Below, one piece after another: positions 45,720 to 54,001 of a DNA stretch of 64,000 nt (positions are counted from its first letter, which is position 1; every line of letters starts with the position of its first letter). The stretch comes from Collinsella sp. GTDB taxonomy: Bacteria; Actinomycetota; Coriobacteriia; Coriobacteriales; Coriobacteriaceae. The position numbers were made by a program, and so were the translations under genes. The stretch is from the NCBI GenBank assembly GCA_018363345.1, contig JAGZNZ010000002.1, forward strand, positions 13,529-77,528. Reading direction: 5' to 3'. The notes under the pieces are model-generated. The model was not told where the DNA came from, made no database searches, and saw only the letters and a program-made list of their open reading frames with translations.

Positions 45720-45732
45720 AGGTGGGCGCGGA

Positions 45733-45755
45733 GCGGGTTCGATTCCCGTCGCCCG
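45733..45755 (+). other. 23-nt fragment identical to the 3' T-arm/acceptor portion of tRNA-Gly, in inverted orientation 62 bp from the intact gene.
   Basis: GCGGGTTCGATTCCCGTCGCCCG is the exact reverse complement of 45821..45843 within the intact tRNA-Gly. Confidence 0.6.
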
Positions 45756-45816
45756 GCGCGTAAACGAAAACAGCTCTGATCCCCAAAGGAAACCAAAGCC
45801 GTTAAAACAATTCTTG

Positions 45817-45890
45817 TGGAGCGGGCGACGGGAATCGAACCCGCGTCATCAGCTTGGAAGGCTGGGGTTCTACCATTGAACTACGCCCGC
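45817..45890 (-). tRNA. tRNA-Gly (anticodon UCC), CCA encoded.
   Basis: Hand-folded: acceptor GCGGGCG, D-loop AATGGTA, anticodon loop CTTCCAA, T-loop TTCGATT, 3' CGCCCGCTCCA. Confidence 0.9.
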
Positions 45891-45896
45891 AAGATA

Positions 45897-45973
45897 TGGT
45901 CGGGACGACAGGATTTGAACCTGCGACATCCTGCTCCCAAAGCAGGCGCGCTACCAAACTGCGCCACGTCCCG
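45897..45973 (-). tRNA. tRNA-Pro (anticodon UGG), CCA encoded.
   Basis: Hand-folded: acceptor CGGGACG/CGTCCCG, anticodon stem CCTGC/GCAGG, loop TTTGGGA, T-loop TTCAAAT. Confidence 0.9.
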
Positions 45974-46064
45974 AAGGTGTTGAGCAGCTAAGGTCTAAAC
46001 CTTGCGTGTCCCAAAGCGAAGGAAATTATAGGGGAGACTCCCCGCCTGTGCAAGCGCAGAAACC

Positions 46065-47423
46065 CTAGCTCCTCGAATGTGCGACAAACTTGCTGTGGAG
46101 CAGACCGATCACAAACGCCACCACGGCGACTGGCGCCCACGCGGCACCGATATCCGCCAGGGGCAATGCATCGAACGGCAGCCACGCGCCCGCAAAGAAC
46201 GCATCGCGGACCGAAGTGATCACACTCTGCACCGCGACAACGCCGCCGACCCAGACCCACACCTGCGGATGAGAGTCGCAAAAGCCGTGCACCAGGCCCA
46301 TCAGTACCAGCACGATGGCAACGGGATACAAGGCGTTGAGCATGGGCACCGAGAACATAAGAATCACGTCGAGGCCCACATTGGAGAGCACGCACGAAAA
46401 CGCTGCGAACACAAAGGCGAGAACCGCAAAGGGACGGCGCATGGCCTCCTCAGAGGCCTCCGCTCCCCCTTCGACCACATACGTCTCGCAGAAGTAACGC
46501 GAGCAGCAGCTGATGAGGCCGATGCACACGTTCATGCAGGCGAGGAAGAAGATGGCGAAGACCACGACCGTGCCGGCAAGCCCAAAATGCATGGAGGCCG
46601 AACGGGCGAGGATGGCGGCGCCGTTGGTAGCGTCGGGCATCACGGTGCCGAGCTGCATACCGGCAAGTCCCAAGCCGCAGTAGATGATGGCCATGAGCAC
46701 GCCGGCGATCACGCCGGAGCGCGAAATCTCGAAGGCCACGCGCTTGTCATCGGTAACGCCCAGCTCGTGGATGGTCTCGGCGATGATGATGCCAAAGGCG
46801 AGCGACGCGAGCAGGTCCATGGTCTGGTAGCCGGTCAAAAAGCCCTGCACGGCAGCACCGGCATCATAGGGAGCCTGCGGCGCGGCGGCGGGGCCCAGCG
46901 GCGAGACCATGGCGGCACCCACGACCAATACGATAAGGGCAATGAGAGCGGGGCCCGTAATGCGGCCGAGCACGCGTGTGATGACGCCCGGGCGCAGCGT
47001 GAGCGCAAACGCGACGACAAAGAAGCCGACGGCAAACACCAGGCGCGCCGTGCCGAGCGAGACGCCCTCGGGCAACAGCGGCACCAGCATCTCGAAGGCC
47101 GTAGAGCTTGTGCGCGGAATGGCCAGGCACGGACCGATGGCCAGGTAGACCGCCGCAACGAAGAATTCGCCAAACTTAGGATGCACACGCCCGGCCAGCT
47201 CTCGGGCCGTGCCAGCGAGCGCGACGGCGATAAATCCCATAACGGGCAGACCGATAGCGGCAATCAAAAAGCCGATCATGGCAACCGGCGTGGCAGAACC
47301 TGCCTGCAGCGCCAGCAGCGGCGGAATAATGAGGTTACCGGCGCCAAAGAGCATCGAGAACAGCGCAATGCCGACGGTAACGACATGGTCGGAACGCAGA
47401 CCGCGCGGGGCGGATGAAGCCAT
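46065..47423 (-). CDS. brnQ: Branched-chain amino acid transport system II carrier (LIVCS family, BrnQ).
   Basis: About 12 TM segments and the N-terminal FGAGNLIIPP signature. ATG at 47423 has a GAAAGG RBS. Confidence 0.85.
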   Translation of the reverse strand: MASSAPRGLRSDHVVTVGIALFSMLFGAGNLIIPPLLALQAGSATPVAMIGFLIAAIGLPVMGFIAVALAGTARELAGRVHPKFGEFFVAAVYLAIGPCLAIPRTSSTAFEMLVPLLPEGVSLGTARLVFAVGFFVVAFALTLRPGVITRVLGRITGPALIALIVLVVGAAMVSPLGPAAAPQAPYDAGAAVQGFLTGYQTMDLLASLAFGIIIAETIHELGVTDDKRVAFEISRSGVIAGVLMAIIYCGLGLAGMQLGTVMPDATNGAAILARSASMHFGLAGTVVVFAIFFLACMNVCIGLISCCSRYFCETYVVEGGAEASEEAMRRPFAVLAFVFAAFSCVLSNVGLDVILMFSVPMLNALYPVAIVLVLMGLVHGFCDSHPQVWVWVGGVVAVQSVITSVRDAFFAGAWLPFDALPLADIGAAWAPVAVVAFVIGLLHSKFVAHSRS

Positions 47424-47499
47424 AGGCACACCTTTCGGGTCGAAACAAAAACGGGACGGGCAAAATACCCGTCCCGCAAGTATAAACGGTCCAGCAGCT

Positions 47500-48639
47500 T
47501 TAGCAGACTAAATTGCGCAGAGCATCGATAGCCGTATCGACTTCTTCGGTCGTGTTGAAATACCCAAACGAGAAGCGGACGACACCCTGGCGCTCGGTAT
47601 CTAACGCACGGTGCATGAGCGGAGCGCAATGGGCACCGGGGCGCGTCGCAATCCCCCACCCTTGCATGAGCGCGTCCGAGATCTCGGCCGAGTCGATATC
47701 ACCCACGTTGAGTGAGACGATCGCCGAGCGCACGGGCTGGTCAAACGCACCGTAGAGCGCAATGCCGGGGATTTCGCGAGCACCGGCGAGGAAGCGCTCT
47801 GCAAGCGAGCGCTCATGCGCCGCAATCGCCTCGACCCCACCTTGCGCCTCGATAAAGTCGAGACCGGCAGAAAGTCCCGCGATGCCGTGGCCGTTGAGCG
47901 TGCCCGCCTCAAGACGCGTGGGCCACTCAAGTGGCTGCAGCGGGTCAAAGCTGTGCACGCCCGTGCCGCCCATGGCCCACGGAGACACGTCAATGCCCTC
48001 CGCCACGGCCAGGCCGCCGGTGCCTTGGGGTCCCATGAGCCCCTTGTGGCCGGTAAAGCACACAATGTCGAGCCCCATGGCATGCATATCGATACGCGCC
48101 GTGCCGGCAGACTGAGAGGCATCGACGATCACCAGCGCACCTGCCGCATGGGCCATGGCCGCCACGCGCGCAATGTCGACCGCGTTGCCGGTCACATTAG
48201 AGGCATGCGTCACCACCACGGCACGCGTACCGGGCGTGACTAGCCGCTCGAGCTCGTCGTAGTCGAGCGCGCCGTTCGCGTCGCAACCCGCATGCTCAAC
48301 CGTCACACCCTGCTCTGCCGCCAAGCGATTGAGCGGACGTAGCACGGAGTTGTGCTCGAGCACCGTCGTGACCACGCGGTCGCCGGGGCGCACCACGCCA
48401 CAGATGGCGGTGTTGAGCGCCGCCGTAGAGTTGGGCGTAAAGCACACATGGTCCGCCCTCGGGCAACCTAAAAGGCGCGCGAGCTTGGCACGGCAACCGT
48501 GAATCGTACGAGCGGCATCGAGGGCACCCGACGTGGCGCCGCGCCCGGCATTGCCGAGCGAGCACATCGCCTGCGTCACGGCATCGATGACCGTCTGCGG
48601 CTTGTGCATGGTCGTCGCCGCGTTATCCAGGTAGATCAT
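47500..48639 (-). CDS. Class-V aminotransferase-fold cysteine desulfurase / selenocysteine-lyase-like enzyme.
   Basis: PLP-lysine motif FTGHKGLMGP and C-terminal active-site Cys in RPGAHCAP. ATGA overlap with the upstream DUF3343 gene. Confidence 0.8.
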   Translation of the reverse strand: MIYLDNAATTMHKPQTVIDAVTQAMCSLGNAGRGATSGALDAARTIHGCRAKLARLLGCPRADHVCFTPNSTAALNTAICGVVRPGDRVVTTVLEHNSVLRPLNRLAAEQGVTVEHAGCDANGALDYDELERLVTPGTRAVVVTHASNVTGNAVDIARVAAMAHAAGALVIVDASQSAGTARIDMHAMGLDIVCFTGHKGLMGPQGTGGLAVAEGIDVSPWAMGGTGVHSFDPLQPLEWPTRLEAGTLNGHGIAGLSAGLDFIEAQGGVEAIAAHERSLAERFLAGAREIPGIALYGAFDQPVRSAIVSLNVGDIDSAEISDALMQGWGIATRPGAHCAPLMHRALDTERQGVVRFSFGYFNTTEEVDTAIDALRNLVC

Positions 48640-48887
48640 CGCACGACCTCCCACATATCAATCACGGTATAGCCCTCGGTGGGAACGCCCGCCGCGGCGA
48701 GTTCACCGCGCAGCAGCTCCTCATCGGCAGGCAACGCTTTCCACGCCAGACCACAGCCGGCAGCGACCTCCCCGGGCACGGGAATCGTTCGCCCGGGAAG
48801 GCCACGCTCAACGCACAGGGACTCGCAGCCCATGGCGGCCGCCGTGGTGGGAAACGTGATGACAAGCGCCGGGCGCTTTTCCCTCAT
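48636..48887 (-). CDS. DUF3343 (putative Se/S-carrier-like) small protein, second paralogue.
   Basis: ALVITFPTTAAAMGCESLCVERGLPGRTIPVPGEVAAGCGLAWKA parallels the C-terminal domain of the protein at 21595..21990. Confidence 0.65.
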   Translation of the reverse strand: MREKRPALVITFPTTAAAMGCESLCVERGLPGRTIPVPGEVAAGCGLAWKALPADEELLRGELAAAGVPTEGYTVIDMWEVVR

Positions 48888-48906
48888 GGCAACTCCAACC
48901 AATACG

Positions 48907-49533
48907 CTACGGGCGCACGACGCGCACGGCCTGCTCCATCTTCTCCACGATCACGTACATGTTGGTGACCTCGCCCACCGCAAGCTGGTCTTTAATGCCA
49001 TAGTGGTCGAGGCAGGTACCACAGGTGAGAATCTCGACACCCTGCTCGGCCAGGCCCTTCAGGTCGTCGAGCACCGGCGAGCCCTCAACGGTGAGCTTGG
49101 CGCCGCCGTTGTAGAACAGCATGGTCGCGGGCAGCTCCTCCTGCTGCGTCACGGCAAAGATAAACGCCTTCATGAGCTTGTGGCCCAGCTCGTCGTCGCC
49201 GCGGCCCATGCAGTCGGTGTAGACGGAAATGACGAGCCTGCCCTTGCCGGCGCTGGCATCACAGAAGGCAGCGCCATCCTGCTCGGGATCGGCCATGGCA
49301 ACGGCGCCAGAGGTCGCCACGGTCACGTGCCACTCGGCGTCAGAAACCTTCTCGACCGAGGCCGTGCAGCCCTTCTCCTGCGCCATCTTGGAGATGTTCT
49401 TGACGGCGGTCTCGTTGTCGACCGAGGTCACGACGGCGCCCTCGCCATCGAGCTGCTTCAGAGCTTTGAGCGTCTTGACGACGGGCAGCGGGCAGGCATC
49501 GCCCATGGCATTGACTTCAATCTTGGTAGACAT
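48907..49533 (-). CDS. yedF: YedF-like selenium-metabolism protein (TusA/SirA-like N-terminal domain with CPxP, fused to a DsrE-like C-terminal domain).
   Basis: N-terminal AMGDACPLPVVKT (TusA CPxP motif) and C-terminal LTCGTCLDHYG (DsrE-like). About 208 aa. Confidence 0.75.
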   Translation of the reverse strand: MSTKIEVNAMGDACPLPVVKTLKALKQLDGEGAVVTSVDNETAVKNISKMAQEKGCTASVEKVSDAEWHVTVATSGAVAMADPEQDGAAFCDASAGKGRLVISVYTDCMGRGDDELGHKLMKAFIFAVTQQEELPATMLFYNGGAKLTVEGSPVLDDLKGLAEQGVEILTCGTCLDHYGIKDQLAVGEVTNMYVIVEKMEQAVRVVRP

Positions 49534-49594
49534 AGCAAATTCCTTTCGAAAGAGCCGTTCTAGAGAACGGCAAACAGTTACATAAACGTGCGGG

Positions 49595-50644
49595 CTAGCG
49601 AACAACGCGGACGGCAGGACCGCCCGGCTCCGCCTCGCACACGCGCCCGACAACGGCCGCGATGCGCCCCTCGGCATGCAGGCGACGCGCAAGCTCATCC
49701 ACATCGGCAGCAGGCGCCGCGATGAGCAAACCGCCCGAGGTCTGCGGATCGTACAGCGCATCCAACATGCCCGGCCCCAGGTCATCGTCGGCCGCCACGC
49801 GCGGGCCAAAGAAGTCCTGGTTGCGGTAGGCACCGGCAGGAATAATGCCCAGACGCGCCATGTCGAGCACCTGATCAAAGAGCGGCACCGCCCCCGACAC
49901 AAGCTCAATCTGCACGCCCGAGCCCTCGGCCATCTCGCACGCGTGCCCGATCAGGCCAAAGCCCGTGACATCGGTGCAGCCGTGAAGCTCAAGTCCCTCG
50001 GCCAGACGAATCGGGGCCTCGTTGAGGGCGCGCATCGAGTCGAACATCGGGCTGGCGTCATCCTGTTCGATAAGCTCGCCCTTAATGGCCGTGGTGATGA
50101 CGCCCGAGCCGATTGCCTTGGTCAGCAACAGGACATCGCCAACGCGCGCGCCGCTGTTGGCGAGCATGCGGTCGAGCGAGACAAAGCCGCTCACGGACAG
50201 GCCGTACTTGGGCTCGTCGTCGTTGATGGTGTGGCCGCCTGCGATGGAGCAACCCGCCTCGACGCACTTATCGGCGCCGCCCGCCAGAATCTGACCGGCA
50301 ACCTCAACGCCCAGGCAACTGGGTATGCAAAGCAGGTTCATGGCATGGCTCGGCCGCCCGCCCATGGCGTAGATGTCCGACAGCGAGTTGGCCGCAGCGA
50401 TCTGGCCAAACAGGAACGGGTCATCGACCATCGGTGGGAAGAAGTCGATGGACTGCACGAGCCCCAGGTTCTCCCCTACGCGGAAGACGCTCGCATCGTC
50501 GGAGGTATCGAACCCCACGAGCAAGTTGTCGTTATGCACATTGGGTAAGTCGCCCAGGACCTGGGCGAGGGCTCCGGGAGCCAACTTAGCGGCTCAACCG
50601 CTCGCGGCTGTCATGGACGTGAGCCTCATGGTGTCCTTAGCCAT
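49595..50644 (-). CDS. selD: Selenide, water dikinase SelD encoded as a selenoprotein (in-frame UGA at 50594-50596, equivalent to Cys17 of E. coli SelD).
   Basis: Reading upstream of the track ORF (which starts at a TTG) in the same frame gives MAKDTMRLTSMTAASG-U-AAKLAPGALAQVLGD...NLLVGFDTSDDA. This aligns with E. coli SelD [23 protein letters not shown]...NLLVGNETRDDA. ATG at 50642-50644 with a GGAAGGGGG RBS. Confidence 0.85.
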
Positions 50645-51854
50645 ACGAACCCCCTTCCAACAAATCAACGACTTTAAGTATACGCGCCAGGCACGCTTCC
50701 CAAGAGACCGCCGACGGCTCGAACGTCGAAAGCGGCGCCGCAAGCGCCTGCGCGATAGCATCTGCCAGTGCGCGCTCAAACAACGGAAGGTCGGCCGCCA
50801 CGGGCGTGTCGACATCCGTCACACGCGGCGACGCCGCCCACGTCACGGGAGCACCGGGAAGCATCGCCTCCATCCAGGGACGAACGCCGGGCAAATCGGT
50901 CGCCACAACTTTGCAGCCGCACGCGAGGGCCTCGATCGTCACGAGCGGCAGACCCTCGTAAAACGAAGGCAGCACAAAGACGTCGGAACTGCGGTAGGCA
51001 CGCACGAGCCCATCGCTATCCAGGCGCCCCGCCAGCGTCACCGGCACATCCGAGGCCGCGGTCAAGCGCTCGATACGCGCGTACTCGGCATCGTCCCCGC
51101 GGCCGCCCACAAGTACCAAGCCAGATGGGCGGACGCCATCGTCAATCGGCAATGACACAGCTCGAACCAGCGACTCGACGCCCTTTTTAAAGCAAATCTT
51201 GCCCACGTACACAAGCGATCCCGGCTGCCTCGCCACGCTTGCATCGCGGCAGAAGACGCGATGGTCGTAGCCCGTCCCAATCACGTGGATACGATCGGCA
51301 TCGACGCCGCACACCAGGCCAATCTGCTCAGCCTGCTCAGCATGGAGCGCAAAGACGGCATCGAGCCGACGAACCGCACTTACAATGCGATCGCGTTCGA
51401 GCGTATGCGAACGCAGCTGGCGCAGGTCGGTCGAATGACACACGGCAACAACCGGCACGCCTCGGACGCACTCGCGCGCCAATGCGGTCACCAGATACAG
51501 GTGATGGCAGAGCACCAGATCGGGCCGAAACTCAGCCACCGCTCGATCGATTGCAGCAGCAAATGCCCGCTCAAATGCCTTGAGCATCGAAGGCGTCAGA
51601 TCACGATAGCGTGTGGAGGGATAGGGCATGACATCGGACATGCCACAGATGGGAAACGGCAGCTCGGGCGACTCGAACGGTACGGCAAACACGGCAGCAC
51701 GCCGGTCCAGCTCGCCTTGGGTATCACCCGGTGCCGCGCCGCAAAGCACGGCGGCGCGATGCCCCGTCTCGATCTGCTCGCGTACGAGCGCGGCAAGGTA
51801 GGTGCCGCTGCCAGTGCTATCTGGTTTTTGTGCCGAGATATTGAGGATGCGCAT
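50637..51854 (-). CDS. GT4-family (GT-B, retaining) glycosyltransferase whose stop overlaps the selD start by 8 nt.
   Basis: EX7E motif FYEGLPLVTIEALACGCKVVATD and overall RfaG-like organisation; about 405 aa. Stop TAA at 50637-50639, inside the selD start ATGGCTAA. Confidence 0.75.
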   Translation of the reverse strand: MRILNISAQKPDSTGSGTYLAALVREQIETGHRAAVLCGAAPGDTQGELDRRAAVFAVPFESPELPFPICGMSDVMPYPSTRYRDLTPSMLKAFERAFAAAIDRAVAEFRPDLVLCHHLYLVTALARECVRGVPVVAVCHSTDLRQLRSHTLERDRIVSAVRRLDAVFALHAEQAEQIGLVCGVDADRIHVIGTGYDHRVFCRDASVARQPGSLVYVGKICFKKGVESLVRAVSLPIDDGVRPSGLVLVGGRGDDAEYARIERLTAASDVPVTLAGRLDSDGLVRAYRSSDVFVLPSFYEGLPLVTIEALACGCKVVATDLPGVRPWMEAMLPGAPVTWAASPRVTDVDTPVAADLPLFERALADAIAQALAAPLSTFEPSAVSWEACLARILKVVDLLEGGSYG

Positions 51855-51868
51855 GTCGCGGTACACCC

Positions 51869-52633
51869 CTAGGCCAAGGCGGCGGCGCGGACAGCCGCGC
51901 CGATCGCTCCGGCAAAGCGAGCCTGGGGCGAGGTGGTCACCGGCGACCCCAGTAGCTCGCCCAACCGCTCCACCACGAAGGCGTTCTCGCACAGGCCACC
52001 GGTCAGGTAGTACGGGGCGCCCGCGGCCTGCCCGGCCATGGTCGCCACGCGCGAGACCACACTGTCGATCACGCCACGCGCAATGTTCTCGCGCGGCTCA
52101 CCGCGACCGATCAGGCTGATGACCTCGCTTTCGGCAAACACCGTGCACATGCTGCTGATCTTGGTGGGCTCGCCGGAACGCGCCAGGTCGGCCATCTGCT
52201 GCTGGGAAATGCCCAGGCGGTCGGCCATGATCTCCAGAAAGCGCCCCGTGCCTGCGGCGCACTTGTCGTTCATGGCGAACTTTGCCACGCGGCCGCCCTT
52301 GAGTTGGATGACCTTGGTATCCTGGCCGCCCACGTCGATCACCGTGCCCTGCTCGCCAAACAGGCGGACCGCACCGGCACCATGGCAGGTGATCTCGGTC
52401 ACTACCTTGTTGGCATAGGGCACCGCGACACGGCCGTAGCCAGTCGCGACCACGCGAACATCGTCGCCCGTCACGTCATAGCCGGCTGCGGCGAGTTCAC
52501 CGCGTAGGCGCTCGGCCGCATCGACCGACGAATACCCCGTCGGCATGACGCAGGTCCACGCAATGGCGTTGTCCGTCTCCACCACCGCAGCCTTCGCGGC
52601 CGTCGAGCCTATGTCGATACCAATGCCAACCAC
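51869..52633 (-). CDS. BadF/BadG/BcrA/BcrD-type ATPase; HgdC-like activase of 2-hydroxyacyl-CoA-dehydratase-family enzymes.
   Basis: N-terminal GIDIGSTAAKAAV, the VIDVGGQDTK acetate/sugar-kinase-fold motif, and Cys residues for a bridging [4Fe-4S]. About 254 aa. Confidence 0.8.
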   Translation of the reverse strand: MVGIGIDIGSTAAKAAVVETDNAIAWTCVMPTGYSSVDAAERLRGELAAAGYDVTGDDVRVVATGYGRVAVPYANKVVTEITCHGAGAVRLFGEQGTVIDVGGQDTKVIQLKGGRVAKFAMNDKCAAGTGRFLEIMADRLGISQQQMADLARSGEPTKISSMCTVFAESEVISLIGRGEPRENIARGVIDSVVSRVATMAGQAAGAPYYLTGGLCENAFVVERLGELLGSPVTTSPQARFAGAIGAAVRAAALA

Positions 52634-52683
52634 GGCATCCTCCTTCTATGCGGCAAAGCAGCTATCCCTTTGCCGCATTTGTC

Positions 52684-53847
52684 CTACAGGGTCTCGATAA
52701 AGGCAGCGATGCGCGTCTCGATCTGGCCCATGTCACCGTTGCTGTAGTCGGTCTCGATCTTCATATACGGAATACCCGCACCCTCGACAACCTCCTGCAT
52801 GCGCGCACTCTCCACGTTAAAGGTGTGGCAGGCCTGCAGCACGCTCTCCACCACGCCATCGACGTGGTACTTCTCGCACATGGCCAGCGTGTTTTCCATA
52901 CGACCGTCGTTGGGCGTCATGACCGAGCAGTTGATGACCAGGTAGCGGTCGGCGATGGCACGCAGGATGTCGGGAGCCTCCGGATCGATCATCATGGCCG
53001 CCGTGCGCTCGCCCGAGCAATCGTCCATGCACACGACCACGCCGCCATTGGACTCGATGGTGCGACCGATCTTGTTGATCACGCCGCCCACCGGGCAACC
53101 AGTGATCAGAATGCGCTTGGCATCCGCCGCAACCGGGCGCTCGCCTGCGTCGTAGGCCTCGCGCAGCTTGGCAACCTTTTGCTCCAGTTGCTGCGTATAG
53201 GCCTCGATATCAAAGCTGAACGTAACGGCAAACATGGTGCTCATCAGGTCGACGCCGCTCATGGCCGCCGGCTGGTTAGCCTGCAGCGCAAACATCTCGA
53301 GCTGGGCCGCACGCAAGCGGTTGCGACGACGGACGGCAGCGCGCAGGTCATCGTCGGTAATCGTGATGCCGTAGAAGCCCTCGAGCTCCTCCTTGAGCAG
53401 GCGGCACTCCTCGTACCAGCCTTCACGCTCGTAGGCACGATCGCGACCCTGCGGAAGATGCAGAATGTGCGTGCGCTTGAGCTCGTTGAGTAGCTCGTAC
53501 ATCTTCTTCTTGCCGTCGCAGGTGGTCTCACCGATGATCATGTCGCTAAAGTACGTAAACGGACACTTTTGCGAATAGGCAAAACCATACGTAGACTTGA
53601 TGAGCGGGCACAGGTTTGCCGGCAGCACCTTCTCGGCCTCGGGAATCACCTCGTCGGACGTACCACACAGAGCCACGCTCGAGGCGCCCGCGGCATCGAT
53701 AATCTCGAGCGGCGTATAGCTGCACAGATAACCGACAAGACGATTGCCCGCCTGCTTGTAATCCTTAACGCGAATAAACGCGGCCTTGCGCTGCTCGTTG
53801 AACTCCTCAAACGTGGACGGCAACGACTGCTCAATATTTTCCGACAT
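52684..53847 (-). CDS. 2-hydroxyacyl-CoA dehydratase family subunit (HgdA/HgdB-like, D-component family).
   Basis: Conserved Cys ligands (CSYTP..., [16 protein letters not shown]); about 388 aa. Confidence 0.7.
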   Translation of the reverse strand: MSENIEQSLPSTFEEFNEQRKAAFIRVKDYKQAGNRLVGYLCSYTPLEIIDAAGASSVALCGTSDEVIPEAEKVLPANLCPLIKSTYGFAYSQKCPFTYFSDMIIGETTCDGKKKMYELLNELKRTHILHLPQGRDRAYEREGWYEECRLLKEELEGFYGITITDDDLRAAVRRRNRLRAAQLEMFALQANQPAAMSGVDLMSTMFAVTFSFDIEAYTQQLEQKVAKLREAYDAGERPVAADAKRILITGCPVGGVINKIGRTIESNGGVVVCMDDCSGERTAAMMIDPEAPDILRAIADRYLVINCSVMTPNDGRMENTLAMCEKYHVDGVVESVLQACHTFNVESARMQEVVEGAGIPYMKIETDYSNGDMGQIETRIAAFIETL

Positions 53848-54001
53848 ATAACTCCTTAACAAACCTTTTAACCAACCAAGGAAACGGCTTTCCCAGGTGC
53901 CCGAGGTTGCCGTGAAAGAGGAGCGTCGCGTACTTTGGTACGCAAGCGACGGTTTGAACAGCAAGATCGGGTGCCTGGGGAAGCCGCCGGGACGAATAGT
54001 C

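Noticed and set aside
45733-45755. Classic integrase attachment-site direct repeat of the tRNA-Gly 3' end
   Set aside because: The fragment is in inverted, not direct, orientation relative to the intact tRNA-Gly and lies only 62 bp away. It is reported as an inverted-duplication scar rather than attL/attR.
49595-50584. N-terminally truncated selD starting at TTG
   Set aside because: The same frame continues 5' through one TGA to an ATG with a good RBS, and the added 20 residues align with the SelD N-terminus. This is a selenoprotein gene, not a truncated one.
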